The position numbers and the translations under genes were made by a program. A stretch of 64,000 nt of DNA, taken from positions 8,884-72,883 of the forward strand of contig JBAYMS010000001.1 of NCBI GenBank assembly GCA_041663425.1, in the 5' to 3' direction. Of this stretch, positions 9,718-23,613 are shown piece by piece (position 1 is the stretch's first letter; each line of letters starts with the position of its first letter). The notes under the pieces were generated by a model. It worked only from the letters and a program-made list of their open reading frames with translations, did not search any database and had not been told where the DNA came from. This DNA is from Candidatus Omnitrophota bacterium. Lineage in GTDB: Bacteria; Omnitrophota; Gorgyraeia; 2-01-FULL-45-10.

Positions 9718-11514
9718 TCACCTCACTTTCTCTTTGATCTCTTTATTTATCATCTGAATAAATTCTTCACCTGTCATTATACCCATATCTCCCTGAGCCT
9801 TAGACCTTATGGAAAGAACTTCTCCGGCGGCCTCTTTCTCGCCCACGATTATCATGTATGGGATCTTTTCAATCTCCGCATCCCGTATTTTTTTCTGCAA
9901 TCTTTCATTTCTGGAATCCAAAGAAACCCTTATATTCTGCTCAACCATATTCGCTTCAACTTTTTTCGCATAGCTGAGAGCTTTGTCAGATATCGGTATT
10001 ATAATACACTGAACCGGCGCAAGCCATAAGGGCATCGCACCCGCAAAATGTTCTATCAATGCGCCCATGAATCTTTCCAGAGAACCCAGTATTACCCTGT
10101 GAAGCATTATCGGGCGGTATTCTTTGCCGTCCTGGCCTATATATTTAAGGTTAAACCTCTCTGGAAGAGCGAAATCGCACTGGATCGTTGCGCACTGCCA
10201 TTCACGCTTAAGAGCATCTTTCAGTTTGATATCTATTTTGGGCCCGTAAAAAGCGCCGTCGCCTTCATTTATCGTGTAATTCAGGTATTTGCGTTTTAAT
10301 GCCTGGATCAGCGCCCGCTCAGCCGCTTCCCAGTCAGCATCGTTGCCTATAGATTTCTCCGGCCTGGTCGATACCTCGACGGAGAAATCCTCAAATCCAA
10401 AGACATTCAGAGTATCTATAACAAAGTTGATGACCTTTATTATCTCGTCCTCAACCTGATCTCTCAAACAGAATATGTGCGCATCATCCTGTGTAAATCC
10501 CCTGACCCTGAGAAGGCCGTGCAGAACTCCGGATTTTTCGTTTCTGTAAACAGTCCCCAGTTCAAAATATCTTAACGGCAGATCTTTGTAGCTTCTCGTT
10601 TTTGACCTGTAAACCAGGATGTGTCCCGGACAATTCATAGGCTTTATCGCATATTCCTGGCCCTCGATCTTGAACATGTACATATTTTCTTTATAATAAT
10701 CGTAATGGCCTGACTCTATCCAGATATCGCTCTTCATTATGTGCGGGCCCAGGACGAGCTCATAACCGCGCCTTAAATGCTCTCTTTTTATATAATCTTC
10801 TATGATGCTTCGAAGCCGCGCGCCTTTAGGATGATACAGCACTAACCCGGGACCAACCTCTTCATTGAAACTGAAATATTCCAGCTGCTTGCCAAGCACT
10901 CTGTGATCTCTCTTGCCGGCTTCTTCCAGGAGCGTCAAATAGCTCTGCAGCTCGTTTTCTGTTTCAAAAGCTGTCCCGTATATTCTCTGCAGCATCGGGT
11001 TGGTTTCTATACCGTGCCAATATGCTCCGGCTATCGAAAGCAATTTAAAAGCTTTTATCTGCCCTGTTGATTCAATGTGCGGCCCGCGGCACAGGTCTAT
11101 AAAATCTCCGTCCTGATATATGGTGACAACGGCTTCGGGGATTTTTTCGATTAACTCAACTTTATATTTCTCTTTTAATTTTTTAAAAAGCTTTATCGCC
11201 TCAGCCTTTTTCATCTCTTTTTTTTCAAACTTATAGTCTTTTTTTATGATCTCCTGCATCCTGTTCTCTATAAGCTCTATATCTTCCGGCGTGAAGGGAT
11301 CTTCCATGTCAAAATCGTAATAGAAACCATCTTCAATAGACGGCCCTATGGCAAGTTTTGCGTCGGGCCATAAACTTTTTACCGCCTGCGCCATAACGTG
11401 TGCAGTAGAATGTCTTAGTGTTGCTAAATCCATATACAATCTTTCTATTTTTTGTAGCCCCTCATCCTCATGAGCTAAACCGTATAGACCCGGGATAATC
11501 TTGCCCGAGCACAA
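9718..11514 (-). CDS. thrS: Threonine--tRNA ligase; appears to lack the N-terminal TGS domain. The true start may be the internal Met at about 11433.
   Basis: Editing-domain HxxxH (RHSTAHVMAQA) and CxxxH (CRGPH), class II catalytic core and C-terminal anticodon-binding domain are present. Confidence 0.9.
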   Translation of the reverse strand: MCSGKIIPGLYGLAHEDEGLQKIERLYMDLATLRHSTAHVMAQAVKSLWPDAKLAIGPSIEDGFYYDFDMEDPFTPEDIELIENRMQEIIKKDYKFEKKEMKKAEAIKLFKKLKEKYKVELIEKIPEAVVTIYQDGDFIDLCRGPHIESTGQIKAFKLLSIAGAYWHGIETNPMLQRIYGTAFETENELQSYLTLLEEAGKRDHRVLGKQLEYFSFNEEVGPGLVLYHPKGARLRSIIEDYIKREHLRRGYELVLGPHIMKSDIWIESGHYDYYKENMYMFKIEGQEYAIKPMNCPGHILVYRSKTRSYKDLPLRYFELGTVYRNEKSGVLHGLLRVRGFTQDDAHIFCLRDQVEDEIIKVINFVIDTLNVFGFEDFSVEVSTRPEKSIGNDADWEAAERALIQALKRKYLNYTINEGDGAFYGPKIDIKLKDALKREWQCATIQCDFALPERFNLKYIGQDGKEYRPIMLHRVILGSLERFMGALIEHFAGAMPLWLAPVQCIIIPISDKALSYAKKVEANMVEQNIRVSLDSRNERLQKKIRDAEIEKIPYMIIVGEKEAAGEVLSIRSKAQGDMGIMTGEEFIQMINKEIKEKVR

Positions 11515-11526
11515 CTACGGCAAAAC

Positions 11527-11613
11527 TGGTGCCGGGAGGGGGGGTCGAACCCCCGTGGCCTTGCGGCCGAGGGATTTTAAGTCCCTTGCGTCTGCCAATT
11601 CCGCCATCCCGGC
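11527..11613 (-). tRNA. tRNA-Leu (anticodon UAA).
   Basis: Revcomp is GCCGGGATGGCGGAATTGGCAGACGC...GGGACTTAAAATCCC...GGTTCGACCCCCCTCCCGGCACCA. It has a long variable arm, a CUUAAAA anticodon loop and an encoded CCA. Confidence 0.85.
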
Positions 11614-11928
11614 GTATTTATATCGTTCCCGGTCTTTTAAGGAAAATCACATAGACTTCCCAAGCACACAAAAGATATAAGATGCTAGGGATGATTTGTC
11701 TGGCTGAGATGACAGCAAATCACGAGACAGCTTCGCTATATTTACTATTTAAGCGGAACCGGTAGTAAAAAAAACACCTGCTCCTACAAAATTATCCTTA
11801 AATTCGTAAGCGCTATTATATAATTATTAATAATAATAGGCAAGGTTTTTCTCGATTAATAGAGGCGGGCCGGTGATATGTGGTCCAGAATGCTGAAATA
11901 CTTAAAAACAATGGGTATTTAACAAAAT

Positions 11929-12008
11929 TGGCGTCCCCATGGGGATTCGAACCCCAGTCGTCAGAATGAAAATCTGATGTCCTAGGCCAGGCTAGACGAT
12001 GGGGACGC
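11929..12008 (-). tRNA. tRNA-Glu (anticodon UUC).
   Basis: Revcomp is GCGTCCCCATCGTCTAGCCTGGCCTAGGACATCAGATTTTCATTCTGA...GGTTCGAATCCCCATGGGGACGCCA. Anticodon loop is UUUUCAU. The ends may be off by a base or two. Confidence 0.8.
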
Positions 12009-12017
12009 TCTTAAAAT

Positions 12018-14606
12018 TTACTTCTTCCGCTTTATCGTTTTCTTCTTGCTCTTGTCTTCTGTCTTCTTAGGCTCAGGCTTAACTTCTTTATCAACCTCTG
12101 CCGATACTTCTTCCTTAAGCTCTGTTTTTACAGTTTCTGGCTTAACAGGCTCTGCTTTAACCGGTTCTATTTTTTCGCTTTCATCTTCAGGAACTATTTT
12201 TGCTACAGACGCTACTTTGTCACCTGCATCCAGCCTCATCAGCCGGACACCTTGCGTAGAGCGGCCTGTGCTGCGGATATCTTTTATCGGGCAACGGACT
12301 ATCATGCCTTTTTCGGTCATGAGTATTATTTCATCTTTATCTGAAACGGTTGTAAGGCCTACCGCTTCACCGTTTTTACCCGTAACTTTGATATTTATAA
12401 TACCTTTTCCGCCCCTAGATTGCAACCTATATTCTTTAAATGAAGTTCTTTTGCCAAACCCCTGTCCCGTCACTGTCAGGACCGTCTGGTCGGCACGGAC
12501 AACTTCCATAGCAATACACTCATCTTTTTTGCCCAGAGTTACACCCTTAACACCCTTGGCTGCCCTGCCCATATCGCGCACTTGAGACTCTTTAAATCTT
12601 ATGGCCTTGCCTTCTTTGGTCGCCATCAGAAGCTCATCGTCGCCGGAAGTCATCTCTACTTCAATAAGCGCGTCATCTTTTTCAAGACCAATACCGATGA
12701 TGCCGCCTTTTCTCGGATTTGAGTAGGCTGTAAGAGCTGTTTTCTTGATAAGGCCGTTCTTTGTGCACATCATCAGGAAGCTGCCTTCTTTAAATTCTCT
12801 CACAGGCACAAATGCACTGATCTTCTCTCCTGCAACAAGCGAAAGCATATTCACTATCGCTTTGCCTTTGGATAGCCTACCGCCTTCGGGGATCTCATGA
12901 ACTTTGAGCCAGCGGACAGTGCCTTTATCACTGAAAAACAGCATATAGTCGTGGGTCGAGGCAATAAATAAGTGTTCGACAAAATCTTCTTCCTTCATAT
13001 CCGCACCGGTCACACCTTTACCGCCGCGATGCTGCTTTTTGTAACTGGAAACAGGGAGCCTCTTTATATAACCTGAGTGGCTAATCGTTACTACCACATC
13101 CTCTTCGGCTATCAGGTCTTCTATTTCCAGCTCTTCGGCCTCAGGCGCTACTTCCGTCCTTCTTTCATCGCCGAACTTTTCAGACAAAGCATTCATTTCT
13201 TCTTTTATGATCTCAAGGACTTTTTTCTCGCTCGCAAGAATAGATTTCAGGAATTCGATCTTCTTTATAAGTTCCAGGTATTCTTTTTCTATCTTGTCGC
13301 GTTCCAGGCCTGTCAGACGCTGTAATTGCATTTCAAGGATCGCCGTTGCCTGTTTTTCGGATAGCCCAAATTTTTTCATCAGCTCTACTTTAGCTATCTG
13401 CGGATTTGCCGATTCTTTTATAACTTTTATGATCTTTTCGAGATTGTCCAGCGCTATCTTTAATCCCTCAAGGATGTGCGCCCTATCCTGGGCTTTCGCA
13501 AGTTCAAATTTAGTTCTCCGGACAATTACTATTTTCCGGTGTTTTATAAATTCATCCAGAATTTCTTTCAGATTTAAAACTTTTGGTCTGCCGCCGACTA
13601 GCGCCAGCATAATAACACCGAAAGTTTCCTGCATCTGTGTATGTTTATACAGCTGATTCAATACGACATGCGCATTAGCACCGCGTTTCAGATCTATCAC
13701 TATCCGCATTCCGTCCTTATCGGATTCATCCCGCAAATCGGAAATGCCCTCTATTTTTTTATCTTGGATCAGGTCTGCTATAGATTTAATAAGATTTGCT
13801 TTATTGACCTGATATGGGATCTCTTTAACTATAATGGCTTCCTTGCCGCTCTTCTGTTCTTCGATGAAAGCCTTCGCATTTATTTTAAGACGCCCCCGCC
13901 CTGTCGTATATGCGTTCTTTATGCCGTCATAACCGCGGATTATTCCGCCCGTCGGGAAATCAGGTCCTTTTACTTTTTTTAGAAGGTCTTTCGATTCGCA
14001 CTCAGGATTGTCTATCACATAAATAACCGCGTCACATATCTCTCTTAAGTTGTGCGGAGGGATATTGGTTGCCATACCAACAGCTATGCCGCTCGATCCG
14101 TTAACCAGAAGATACGGCAGGCATGTGGGAAGAAGCGACGGCTCCTGAAGCGACCCGTCAAAGTTCGGAACAAAATCTACAGTGTCTTTTTCGATATCGA
14201 GAAGCATCTGATCGGTTATATGTTCAAGGCGCGCTTCCGTATACCTCATAGCAGCCGCGGAATCACCGTCTATCGAACCGAAATTTCCCTGCCCGTCAAC
14301 TAAAGGATAACGCAACGAAAAATCCTGTGCTAAACGCACAAGGGTCTCGTAAACCGCACTATCGCCATGCGGATGATATTTACCTAAAACTTCTCCGACT
14401 ATTCTTGCGCATTTTTTATATGGCTTAGTATGTTCTAGGCTAAGTTCCTTCATCGCGTAGAGGACTCTCCTGTGAACCGGCTTCAACCCGTCGCGAACGT
14501 CCGGCAGTGCGCGGCCGACAATAACGCTCATCGCGTAATTGATATACGAATCTTTCATCTCTTCTTCTATGTATCTCGGTAATACTTTTTCGTTACGTGT
14601 ATACAT
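12018..14606 (-). CDS. gyrA: DNA gyrase subunit A with a K/E/P-rich C-terminal tail.
   Basis: N-terminus [47 protein letters not shown] is highly conserved GyrA. The C-terminal beta-pinwheel repeats are followed by an extra low-complexity tail. Confidence 0.95.
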   Translation of the reverse strand: MYTRNEKVLPRYIEEEMKDSYINYAMSVIVGRALPDVRDGLKPVHRRVLYAMKELSLEHTKPYKKCARIVGEVLGKYHPHGDSAVYETLVRLAQDFSLRYPLVDGQGNFGSIDGDSAAAMRYTEARLEHITDQMLLDIEKDTVDFVPNFDGSLQEPSLLPTCLPYLLVNGSSGIAVGMATNIPPHNLREICDAVIYVIDNPECESKDLLKKVKGPDFPTGGIIRGYDGIKNAYTTGRGRLKINAKAFIEEQKSGKEAIIVKEIPYQVNKANLIKSIADLIQDKKIEGISDLRDESDKDGMRIVIDLKRGANAHVVLNQLYKHTQMQETFGVIMLALVGGRPKVLNLKEILDEFIKHRKIVIVRRTKFELAKAQDRAHILEGLKIALDNLEKIIKVIKESANPQIAKVELMKKFGLSEKQATAILEMQLQRLTGLERDKIEKEYLELIKKIEFLKSILASEKKVLEIIKEEMNALSEKFGDERRTEVAPEAEELEIEDLIAEEDVVVTISHSGYIKRLPVSSYKKQHRGGKGVTGADMKEEDFVEHLFIASTHDYMLFFSDKGTVRWLKVHEIPEGGRLSKGKAIVNMLSLVAGEKISAFVPVREFKEGSFLMMCTKNGLIKKTALTAYSNPRKGGIIGIGLEKDDALIEVEMTSGDDELLMATKEGKAIRFKESQVRDMGRAAKGVKGVTLGKKDECIAMEVVRADQTVLTVTGQGFGKRTSFKEYRLQSRGGKGIINIKVTGKNGEAVGLTTVSDKDEIILMTEKGMIVRCPIKDIRSTGRSTQGVRLMRLDAGDKVASVAKIVPEDESEKIEPVKAEPVKPETVKTELKEEVSAEVDKEVKPEPKKTEDKSKKKTIKRKK

Positions 14607-14625
14607 TTTCTCTCCTGAAATTTTT

Positions 14626-17392
<2,767 letters not shown>

Positions 17393-17396
<4 letters not shown>

Positions 17397-18490
17397 GTGA
17401 TTTGCATTGGAAGGACTACATATATATATTCGGCACCTATTCTAACAACGCCCGGTTTTTCCGGGTCGGTTACCTCGAAAGCGATTTTTTCAATTTCAGT
17501 ATTTTTTAAAAAGTCTATTAAGTAATTGGGATTGAACCCGACAGATATTTCCTTACCTTTATATTCTGCATCTATCTCTACCCGCGCCTCCCCTAAATAC
17601 GGTGTGCTTTTAGAGATCACCACTTTATCCTTACCGAGATCCATTTTTATTGCCGCGGAATCCTGGTTCGTAAACAAAGCTGCTCTTTTAACTGCCGATA
17701 AGAATATGTTTTTAGATAAGATTATTTTATCTTTGGCTTCTTTTGGTATAACCTGCTCGTAATTAGGGAATTCTCCCTCTATTAATCGTGATACAAGCCG
17801 CGTTTTACCCATATCAAAAAATATCTGGTTCTCGCTGAAACATATTTTAACTTCGCCGTCATCACCCAATGATTTATCAAGCTCATTAACAGCTTTTGTC
17901 GGCACTATAAATTTACGTTCAAGTGTTTTTGGTAATTGTAGCTTATCCTCAACCATTGCAAGACGTCTTCCGTCTGTAGCAACAAGTCTTATATATGTAG
18001 GTTTTATTACAAACAGAACTCCATTTAAAACATATCTGGATTCATCGTGGCTTATTGCGAATGATGTAAGCTTCATCATTGATTTTAGTTTTTTTTGCTG
18101 CAGCACCAAAGATTCTTTATCTTTAAATTCTGGCAGTTGTGGAAATTCTTCTTTTGGCAACCCCATTATTTTAAACACACTTTTCCCGCATTCAATGTTT
18201 ACGAGATTGTTTTTTTTCACCGAAACTGATATAGGTTCACCGTCAGGTAGTTCCTTAACTATATCTGAGAATTTTTTTGCAGGTATTGTTATAGCTCCGG
18301 TTATTTGTGGTTTTAGAGTTATTTTTGATGTTATTCCTATATCAAGATCTGTTGTTGTTAGTATTAAATTATCTTCCGTTGCTTCTATAAGAATGTTTGA
18401 TAGTATAGGAAGACTTGATTTTGAGCTTATAGCAGATTGAACTTCTTGGATACCTTTTAATAGCACATCTTTCGTTGTATTAAATTTCAT
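17393..18490 (-). CDS. dnaN: DNA polymerase III beta sliding clamp.
   Basis: MKFNTTKDVLLKGIQEVQSAISSKSSLPILSNILIE...; the three-domain beta clamp sits immediately downstream of dnaA. Confidence 0.9.
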
Positions 18491-18722
18491 CCCAAAAAAT
18501 CTCCCAAATTTATTCAGCCAAGGTGTCGGCTAAGTGTCGATATCCACCGATATCAACCTTCTATTACAAAACCTTATTTAATTTAAAAGTAACAGAATTA
18601 GTAGAGCCTGTTGATAAGTTAGTAACTTTTTAATATATTGCAAAATAACGACTTAAAAACAATTAAAACCAGCCGGAACCTATAAAACTTATCAACACAA
18701 CTAACAACATATACCCAAAAAG
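18491..18722. promoter_or_regulatory. AT-rich dnaA-dnaN intergenic region with DnaA-box-like 9-mers; candidate second part of oriC or dnaN promoter region.
   Basis: TTATCAACA sits on the top strand at about 18689..18697 and on the bottom strand at about 18609..18617. ATATCCACC is at about 18540. The region is highly AT-rich. Confidence 0.35.
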
Positions 18723-20096
18723 TTAATTCTTAATGCTTTGTATCAACTTATCCACTATCGTCTTTAAACCAGTTTTATTTTTTAGTTCGTTTTCAATTTT
18801 TTCACAGGCATGGATAACGGTTGTGTGATCCCTGCCGCCAAACTGGTCGCCGATTTCAGGAAGAGAAAAATCGGTCAATTGCCTGGCCAGATACATTGCG
18901 ATCTGTCTCGGGTATGCGATTGCCTTGCTTCTTTTCTTCGCCCGCATATCTGAAAGCTTTATATCAAAATATTCAGCGACTTTTTTCTGGATGAGATCGA
19001 TCGTTATTTTTTTCTCACCCTCTATTATCATATCTTTTAAAACTTCTTTAGCCAGCTCAACAGAAACGTCCTTGCCGATAAGTTTCGCATATGCAACTAC
19101 CCGGATCAGCGCACCCTCAAGCTCTCTTATGTTTGTCTTTACTTTCTCAGCTAAAAAATAAAACACATCTTCTGATAATGCTATCGTTTCCTTCTCGGAT
19201 TTCTTTTTCAGTATCGCGGTGCGCGTTTCGAAATCCGGCGGCTGGATGTCAGTCACAAGCCCCCACTCAAACCTTGAAATAAGGCGCTCTTCAAGAGACT
19301 GTATCTCTTTCGGAGGGCGGTCGCTTGTAACCACTATCTGTTTATGTGCATCATAAAGAGCGTTAAAGGTGTGGAAGAATTCTTCCTGGGTTGATTCCTT
19401 ACCCGCTATGAATTGTATATCATCTATAAGAAGAATGTCAACATTGCGGTACTTTTCTCTGAACTTCTGCGTCGAGCGATTCTGTATCGAGCTTATAAGC
19501 TGATTTGTAAATTCTTCACTCGAAATATACAGAACTTTTGATTTGGGTGTTTTGTGCAGAGCGCTTTGTCCGATAGCATGCATCAGGTGGGTCTTTCCGA
19601 GCCCGACGCCGCCGTATATAAAAAGAGGGTTGTATGCTTTTGCCGGCGACTCAGAAACAGCCATTGATGCCGCATGCGCAAACCTGTTGCTCGGACCTAT
19701 GACAAAACTGTCAAAAGTGTATTTTGGGCTCAATCCTATTTCTTTAGCTGTGTCCGACGCCTGCCTTACAAAAGGCCAGAAAGGTTTGGATTCTTTTTTC
19801 TGCTCTTCCGGTTTAATTTTTTTAGCCGTATCATCTTCAGGTTTTTCACACAAGACAAAATCTATACGCACTTCTTTACCGACAACTTTTTTTACAGACT
19901 CTGTAAGAAGCGGCATGTAACGATCGAGCAGCCATACCTGGAAAAATTTATTCGGCACTTCCAATAAAATAGCTTCATCTGAAAGAGAGATGAATTTTAT
20001 AGGGCTGAACCATATGTTGTAGGTCTGATCATTTGAGAGATCTTTTTTAATGATCTCCAAAGCCATAGACCAGATAGAGGTATTGTCTGATGTCAC
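18723..20096 (-). CDS. dnaA: Chromosomal replication initiator protein DnaA.
   Basis: AAA+ Walker A GGVGLGKTHLMHAIG and the C-terminal DnaA-box-binding HTH (IGDQFGGRDHTTVIHACEKI). Confidence 0.95.
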   Translation of the reverse strand: MTSDNTSIWSMALEIIKKDLSNDQTYNIWFSPIKFISLSDEAILLEVPNKFFQVWLLDRYMPLLTESVKKVVGKEVRIDFVLCEKPEDDTAKKIKPEEQKKESKPFWPFVRQASDTAKEIGLSPKYTFDSFVIGPSNRFAHAASMAVSESPAKAYNPLFIYGGVGLGKTHLMHAIGQSALHKTPKSKVLYISSEEFTNQLISSIQNRSTQKFREKYRNVDILLIDDIQFIAGKESTQEEFFHTFNALYDAHKQIVVTSDRPPKEIQSLEERLISRFEWGLVTDIQPPDFETRTAILKKKSEKETIALSEDVFYFLAEKVKTNIRELEGALIRVVAYAKLIGKDVSVELAKEVLKDMIIEGEKKITIDLIQKKVAEYFDIKLSDMRAKKRSKAIAYPRQIAMYLARQLTDFSLPEIGDQFGGRDHTTVIHACEKIENELKNKTGLKTIVDKLIQSIKN

Positions 20097-20327
20097 GGAA
20101 TGCCTTTAGTTTACGGAATTAATGTTATCCACAGCTAAACAAGCACGGTTTCAACACAAAACCGAAAGTTATGCACAAGTTGTGCACAACCGTTTTCAGC
20201 ATTGGGACACCATTATAATGAATGAAATAGGTTTTTGCAACACAAAAGATATATTTTTTGTTGACGGAATTATTTGTTATGATATAATTACGATACCGAA
20301 AGTGTCTAAAATTAGAAAGGGACAACA
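20097..20327. promoter_or_regulatory. Candidate oriC / dnaA control region with clustered DnaA boxes, plus the rpmH promoter.
   Basis: A perfect TTATCCACA at 20125..20133. TTATGCACA at 20169..20177 and TTGTGCACA at 20180..20188, all in direct orientation. Sigma70-like TTGACG-16nt-TATAAT at 20261..20288. Coding strand flips at this point. Confidence 0.5.
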
Positions 20328-20465
20328 ATGAAATACGGATTAACATGCAAATCGAACCTAAAACGTAAACGAAAACATGGTTTCAGGAAACGAATGAAAG
20401 ACCGTTGGGGCAGAGAAGTGCTTAAAAGGCGCAGACAGAAAGGCCGGCACAAGCTTACTGTATGA
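20328..20465 (+). CDS. rpmH: 50S ribosomal protein L34. Not in the ORF track because it is only 45 aa.
   Basis: Translation [45 protein letters not shown] has the L34 pattern. An ATGA overlap joins it to rnpA. Confidence 0.85.
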   Translation: MKYGLTCKSNLKRKRKHGFRKRMKDRWGREVLKRRRQKGRHKLTV

Positions 20466-20821
20466 TCTCCGACGAGAGATTCTGTAAAAAAGAACATATT
20501 CTCAAGTCAAAAGAGTTCAGTAAAGTATATAAAAAAGGATCGGCAGGCAGGATAAGCGGAGTTGTTTTGTATTGCCTGGAAAATAAGCTTGAGCACAATC
20601 GTTTGGGTTTTTCAATAGGGTCAAAAAATATTAAGCGCGCCACGTCCCGCAACCGCATACGAAGGTTGTTTAGAGAAGCTTACCGGAAAAATAAACGTAA
20701 ATTTAAGTGCGGCTTTGATATTGTTATGGTAGTGCGAAAAGACCTGCACAAGGATCTGACTTACAATTCCGCAGAAGCCGCTTTTTTGAAACTTGCTAAA
20801 GAGGTAAATCTGGCGGTATAA
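20462..20821 (+). CDS. rnpA: Ribonuclease P protein component.
   Basis: 119 aa basic protein sitting between rpmH and yidD. Contains the RnpA-like RNR motif ([20 protein letters not shown]). Confidence 0.85.
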   Translation: MISDERFCKKEHILKSKEFSKVYKKGSAGRISGVVLYCLENKLEHNRLGFSIGSKNIKRATSRNRIRRLFREAYRKNKRKFKCGFDIVMVVRKDLHKDLTYNSAEAAFLKLAKEVNLAV

Positions 20822-20837
20822 AAATCAGCGCGGGCAT

Positions 20838-21047
20838 ATGAAAAAAGTAGTAATTTTCCTATTAAATTTTTATCGTAAATATCTATCCCCATTGAAGTTG
20901 CAATGTTGTAGGTTCTATCCAACCTGCTCACAATATACTGTAGAATCCGTTGAGAAATACGGGGTTTTAAGAGGTTTGTTAAAAGGTGCAAAACGTATCC
21001 TTAGGTGCCATCCTTTTGCTAAGGGCGGATACGATCCAGTAGCATAG
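20838..21047 (+). CDS. yidD: Membrane protein insertion efficiency factor YidD.
   Basis: [36 protein letters not shown] is the conserved YidD motif. Confidence 0.85.
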   Translation: MKKVVIFLLNFYRKYLSPLKLQCCRFYPTCSQYTVESVEKYGVLRGLLKGAKRILRCHPFAKGGYDPVA

Positions 21048-21077
21048 TCCTAAAAGGCGTGCTTAAAAAGGAGATCG

Positions 21078-22664
21078 ATGGAAAAGAAGCTTATAACAGC
21101 AATAGCATTATCGATATTAATCATCGTAACATTCCAGTATTTTTCGCCAAAACCAACTCCTCCCCCAGCCGTTCAGGTGCAAGGTGAAGCAGGCGCTATA
21201 AAGAAAGAGATCGAGGTCATACCTGTAGCTGAGCCAAAGAATTTACCCGAAGAGAAAGAAACCGAAGTCGTAACCGGTAAATATATTTTTACATTTAGTA
21301 ACATCGGCGGGTCAATTAAGGAAATAAAGCTGGTTGACTATAAAGCGCTTGATTCTAAAGAACCTTTAAAATTAGTAGAAATAATAAATCCAAAAGATTA
21401 TATTTTTAATATAAGTAACATTAAAGGCACAGAAGTGCTGGACCTTGCCGGATATAATTTAAAAGGTAATGGTTCGGATCTGATATATGTGCTTACCACA
21501 AAAGATTTTGAGATACGGAAGAAATATATTTTACGTAAGTCAAGCTATGGCATAGACTTAGAGCTAAATATAAAAAACATTTCGGGCACCCCGAAAGAAT
21601 TTTCATATAGCATAATAAGCGGTGCAGGCCTTACCGAAAAGAGCGAACAGGATAAGAGGCTTATAGAAGCATCGGCAAATATCAATGGGAAGATGGTTGT
21701 GAGCAAACGGCCAAAACCAGGTGAGCGCACAACAAACTATGGTATAGCGGTATGGCAAGCGCTGAAAAATAAATATTTTTCGGTTATTTTGAAGCCATTC
21801 GCACAAACAAGCAGTGTTTATTCCACGGAAGACAACTCCGGTAATCTAATAATTGGTGTAAATGTTGAAAAGACCATAATACAACCAGGAGAGTCGATAG
21901 AAAATAAATATAGTTTATATGCCGGCCCAAGCAGCATACCAGACATGAAGGAGTTTGGATATGGCATAGAAGAATCTGTCAATTATGGATTTTTTGGCGG
22001 GATAAGTAAGATTTTAATAGTTGTGATGAGAATGTGCCACATGGCAGTTCGTAATTGGGGACTATCGATTATTCTTTTATCAGTGCTGCTGAACCTTGTA
22101 ACGCTTCCTCTTACCATGAAAAGTTTTAAATCCATGCAAAAGATGCAAGAATTGCATCCGCAAATGGAAAAACTAAAAGGGCAGTATAAAGACCAGCCTC
22201 AAAAGTTGAATAAAGAGATAATGGAGCTTTACAAAAAGTACAATATAAATCCGTTCAGCGGATGCCTACCTATATTGTTGCAGATGCCTATATTCATCGC
22301 TCTGTATCAAGCGCTGATGAAATCGATAGAACTTAGAAACGCGGGATTCCTATGGATTCGCGACTTATCATCGCCAGAGGCTATCCCTATCCCCATTTCA
22401 TTGCCAATAATAGGCAACACTATAAATATTTTACCGCTACTTATGGTTGGAGCGATGGTCGTTCAGCAAAAAATTTCAACCGCATCAGCCGGTTCGGCCA
22501 TTACCGAAGAGCAGAAGCAGCAGCAAAAAATAATGCTGATTGTTATGCCAATAATGTTCGGATTTATATTTTACAATATGCCGTCGGGATTAGTTTTATA
22601 CTGGATAGTAAATACTATCCTGACGATCACCGAACAAGCTTCGATATTACGTAAAGAAGCATGA
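21078..22664 (+). CDS. yidC: Membrane protein insertase YidC.
   Basis: N-terminal TM and periplasmic domain, then the conserved 60-kDa inner-membrane core (WGLSIILLSVLLNLVTLPLTMKSFKSMQKMQELHPQMEKLK). Confidence 0.9.
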   Translation: MEKKLITAIALSILIIVTFQYFSPKPTPPPAVQVQGEAGAIKKEIEVIPVAEPKNLPEEKETEVVTGKYIFTFSNIGGSIKEIKLVDYKALDSKEPLKLVEIINPKDYIFNISNIKGTEVLDLAGYNLKGNGSDLIYVLTTKDFEIRKKYILRKSSYGIDLELNIKNISGTPKEFSYSIISGAGLTEKSEQDKRLIEASANINGKMVVSKRPKPGERTTNYGIAVWQALKNKYFSVILKPFAQTSSVYSTEDNSGNLIIGVNVEKTIIQPGESIENKYSLYAGPSSIPDMKEFGYGIEESVNYGFFGGISKILIVVMRMCHMAVRNWGLSIILLSVLLNLVTLPLTMKSFKSMQKMQELHPQMEKLKGQYKDQPQKLNKEIMELYKKYNINPFSGCLPILLQMPIFIALYQALMKSIELRNAGFLWIRDLSSPEAIPIPISLPIIGNTINILPLLMVGAMVVQQKISTASAGSAITEEQKQQQKIMLIVMPIMFGFIFYNMPSGLVLYWIVNTILTITEQASILRKEA

Positions 22665-22761
22665 GCTTGGCGAATGCCTTGACAAACATGTTTTTATGAG
22701 GTATAGTTAAGAAAAATAGTTCCACGTGGAAATTGTTCCACGGGGAACAATTTCAGGGAAA

Positions 22762-23613
22762 ATGGCTAAAGTAATCGCGATCTGTAATCAAAAAGGCGGT
22801 GTGGGAAAAACCACCACCGCTATCAATCTTTCCGTCTATCTTGCCCTATCTGGAAAGCGAGTTCTTCTGATAGATATAGATCCGCAAGGTAATGCCACAA
22901 GCGGATTAGGTATCAATAAGCATAATATTAAAGCCAGCATATACGATCTTCTGATAGACGAGATAGATCCGAACGGCGTAACTATTAAAACAGCTATAAA
23001 TAACCTGTCTCTGATCCCCTCTACGATCAGTCTTACAGGTGCCGAAGTTGAGCTAGTTGGTATAATGGGCCGTGAATATAGGTTGAAAAAGGCTCTCTCC
23101 CCCATTTCTGGCACATACGATTACATAATAATAGATTGTCCACCATCTTTAGGTCTCCTTACGGTTAATTCACTTACCGTAGCCAATTCAGTTCTTATAC
23201 CTATCCAGTGTGAGTATTATGCCCTGGAAGGACTGAGCCAGCTTGTGAATACTGTTAATTTGGTAAAAGAAAATCTTAATGCAAATCTAGGGATTGAAGG
23301 TGTATTGCTTACCATGGCCGATTTCAGGACCAATTTAACCACCGAGGTTATTAAGGAAGTGCGAAATTTCTTTAAAGGCAAAGTCTATGAAACTATAATA
23401 CCGAGAAATATTCGGCTCACAGAAGCTCCGGGATTTGGTAAACCAATAGCGCTTTACGATAAAAATTCTATAGGAGCGCAAAAATATCATGAGTTTATGA
23501 ATGAATTGTTAGGGGTAAAAAAAGAAATCGCCACCAATATTATAGTAGAAGAAACGCCTAAACCAAATAATGATAATGATTTACAACAAATTAGTGAAGG
23601 AGAGATTAAGTGA
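22762..23613 (+). CDS. parA: Chromosome partitioning ATPase ParA/Soj. The ORF track starts at 22726; the likely true start is MAKVIAI at 22762.
   Basis: Deviant Walker A CNQKGGVGKTTTAINLS, plus the ParA family body. Confidence 0.9.
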   Translation: MAKVIAICNQKGGVGKTTTAINLSVYLALSGKRVLLIDIDPQGNATSGLGINKHNIKASIYDLLIDEIDPNGVTIKTAINNLSLIPSTISLTGAEVELVGIMGREYRLKKALSPISGTYDYIIIDCPPSLGLLTVNSLTVANSVLIPIQCEYYALEGLSQLVNTVNLVKENLNANLGIEGVLLTMADFRTNLTTEVIKEVRNFFKGKVYETIIPRNIRLTEAPGFGKPIALYDKNSIGAQKYHEFMNELLGVKKEIATNIIVEETPKPNNDNDLQQISEGEIK

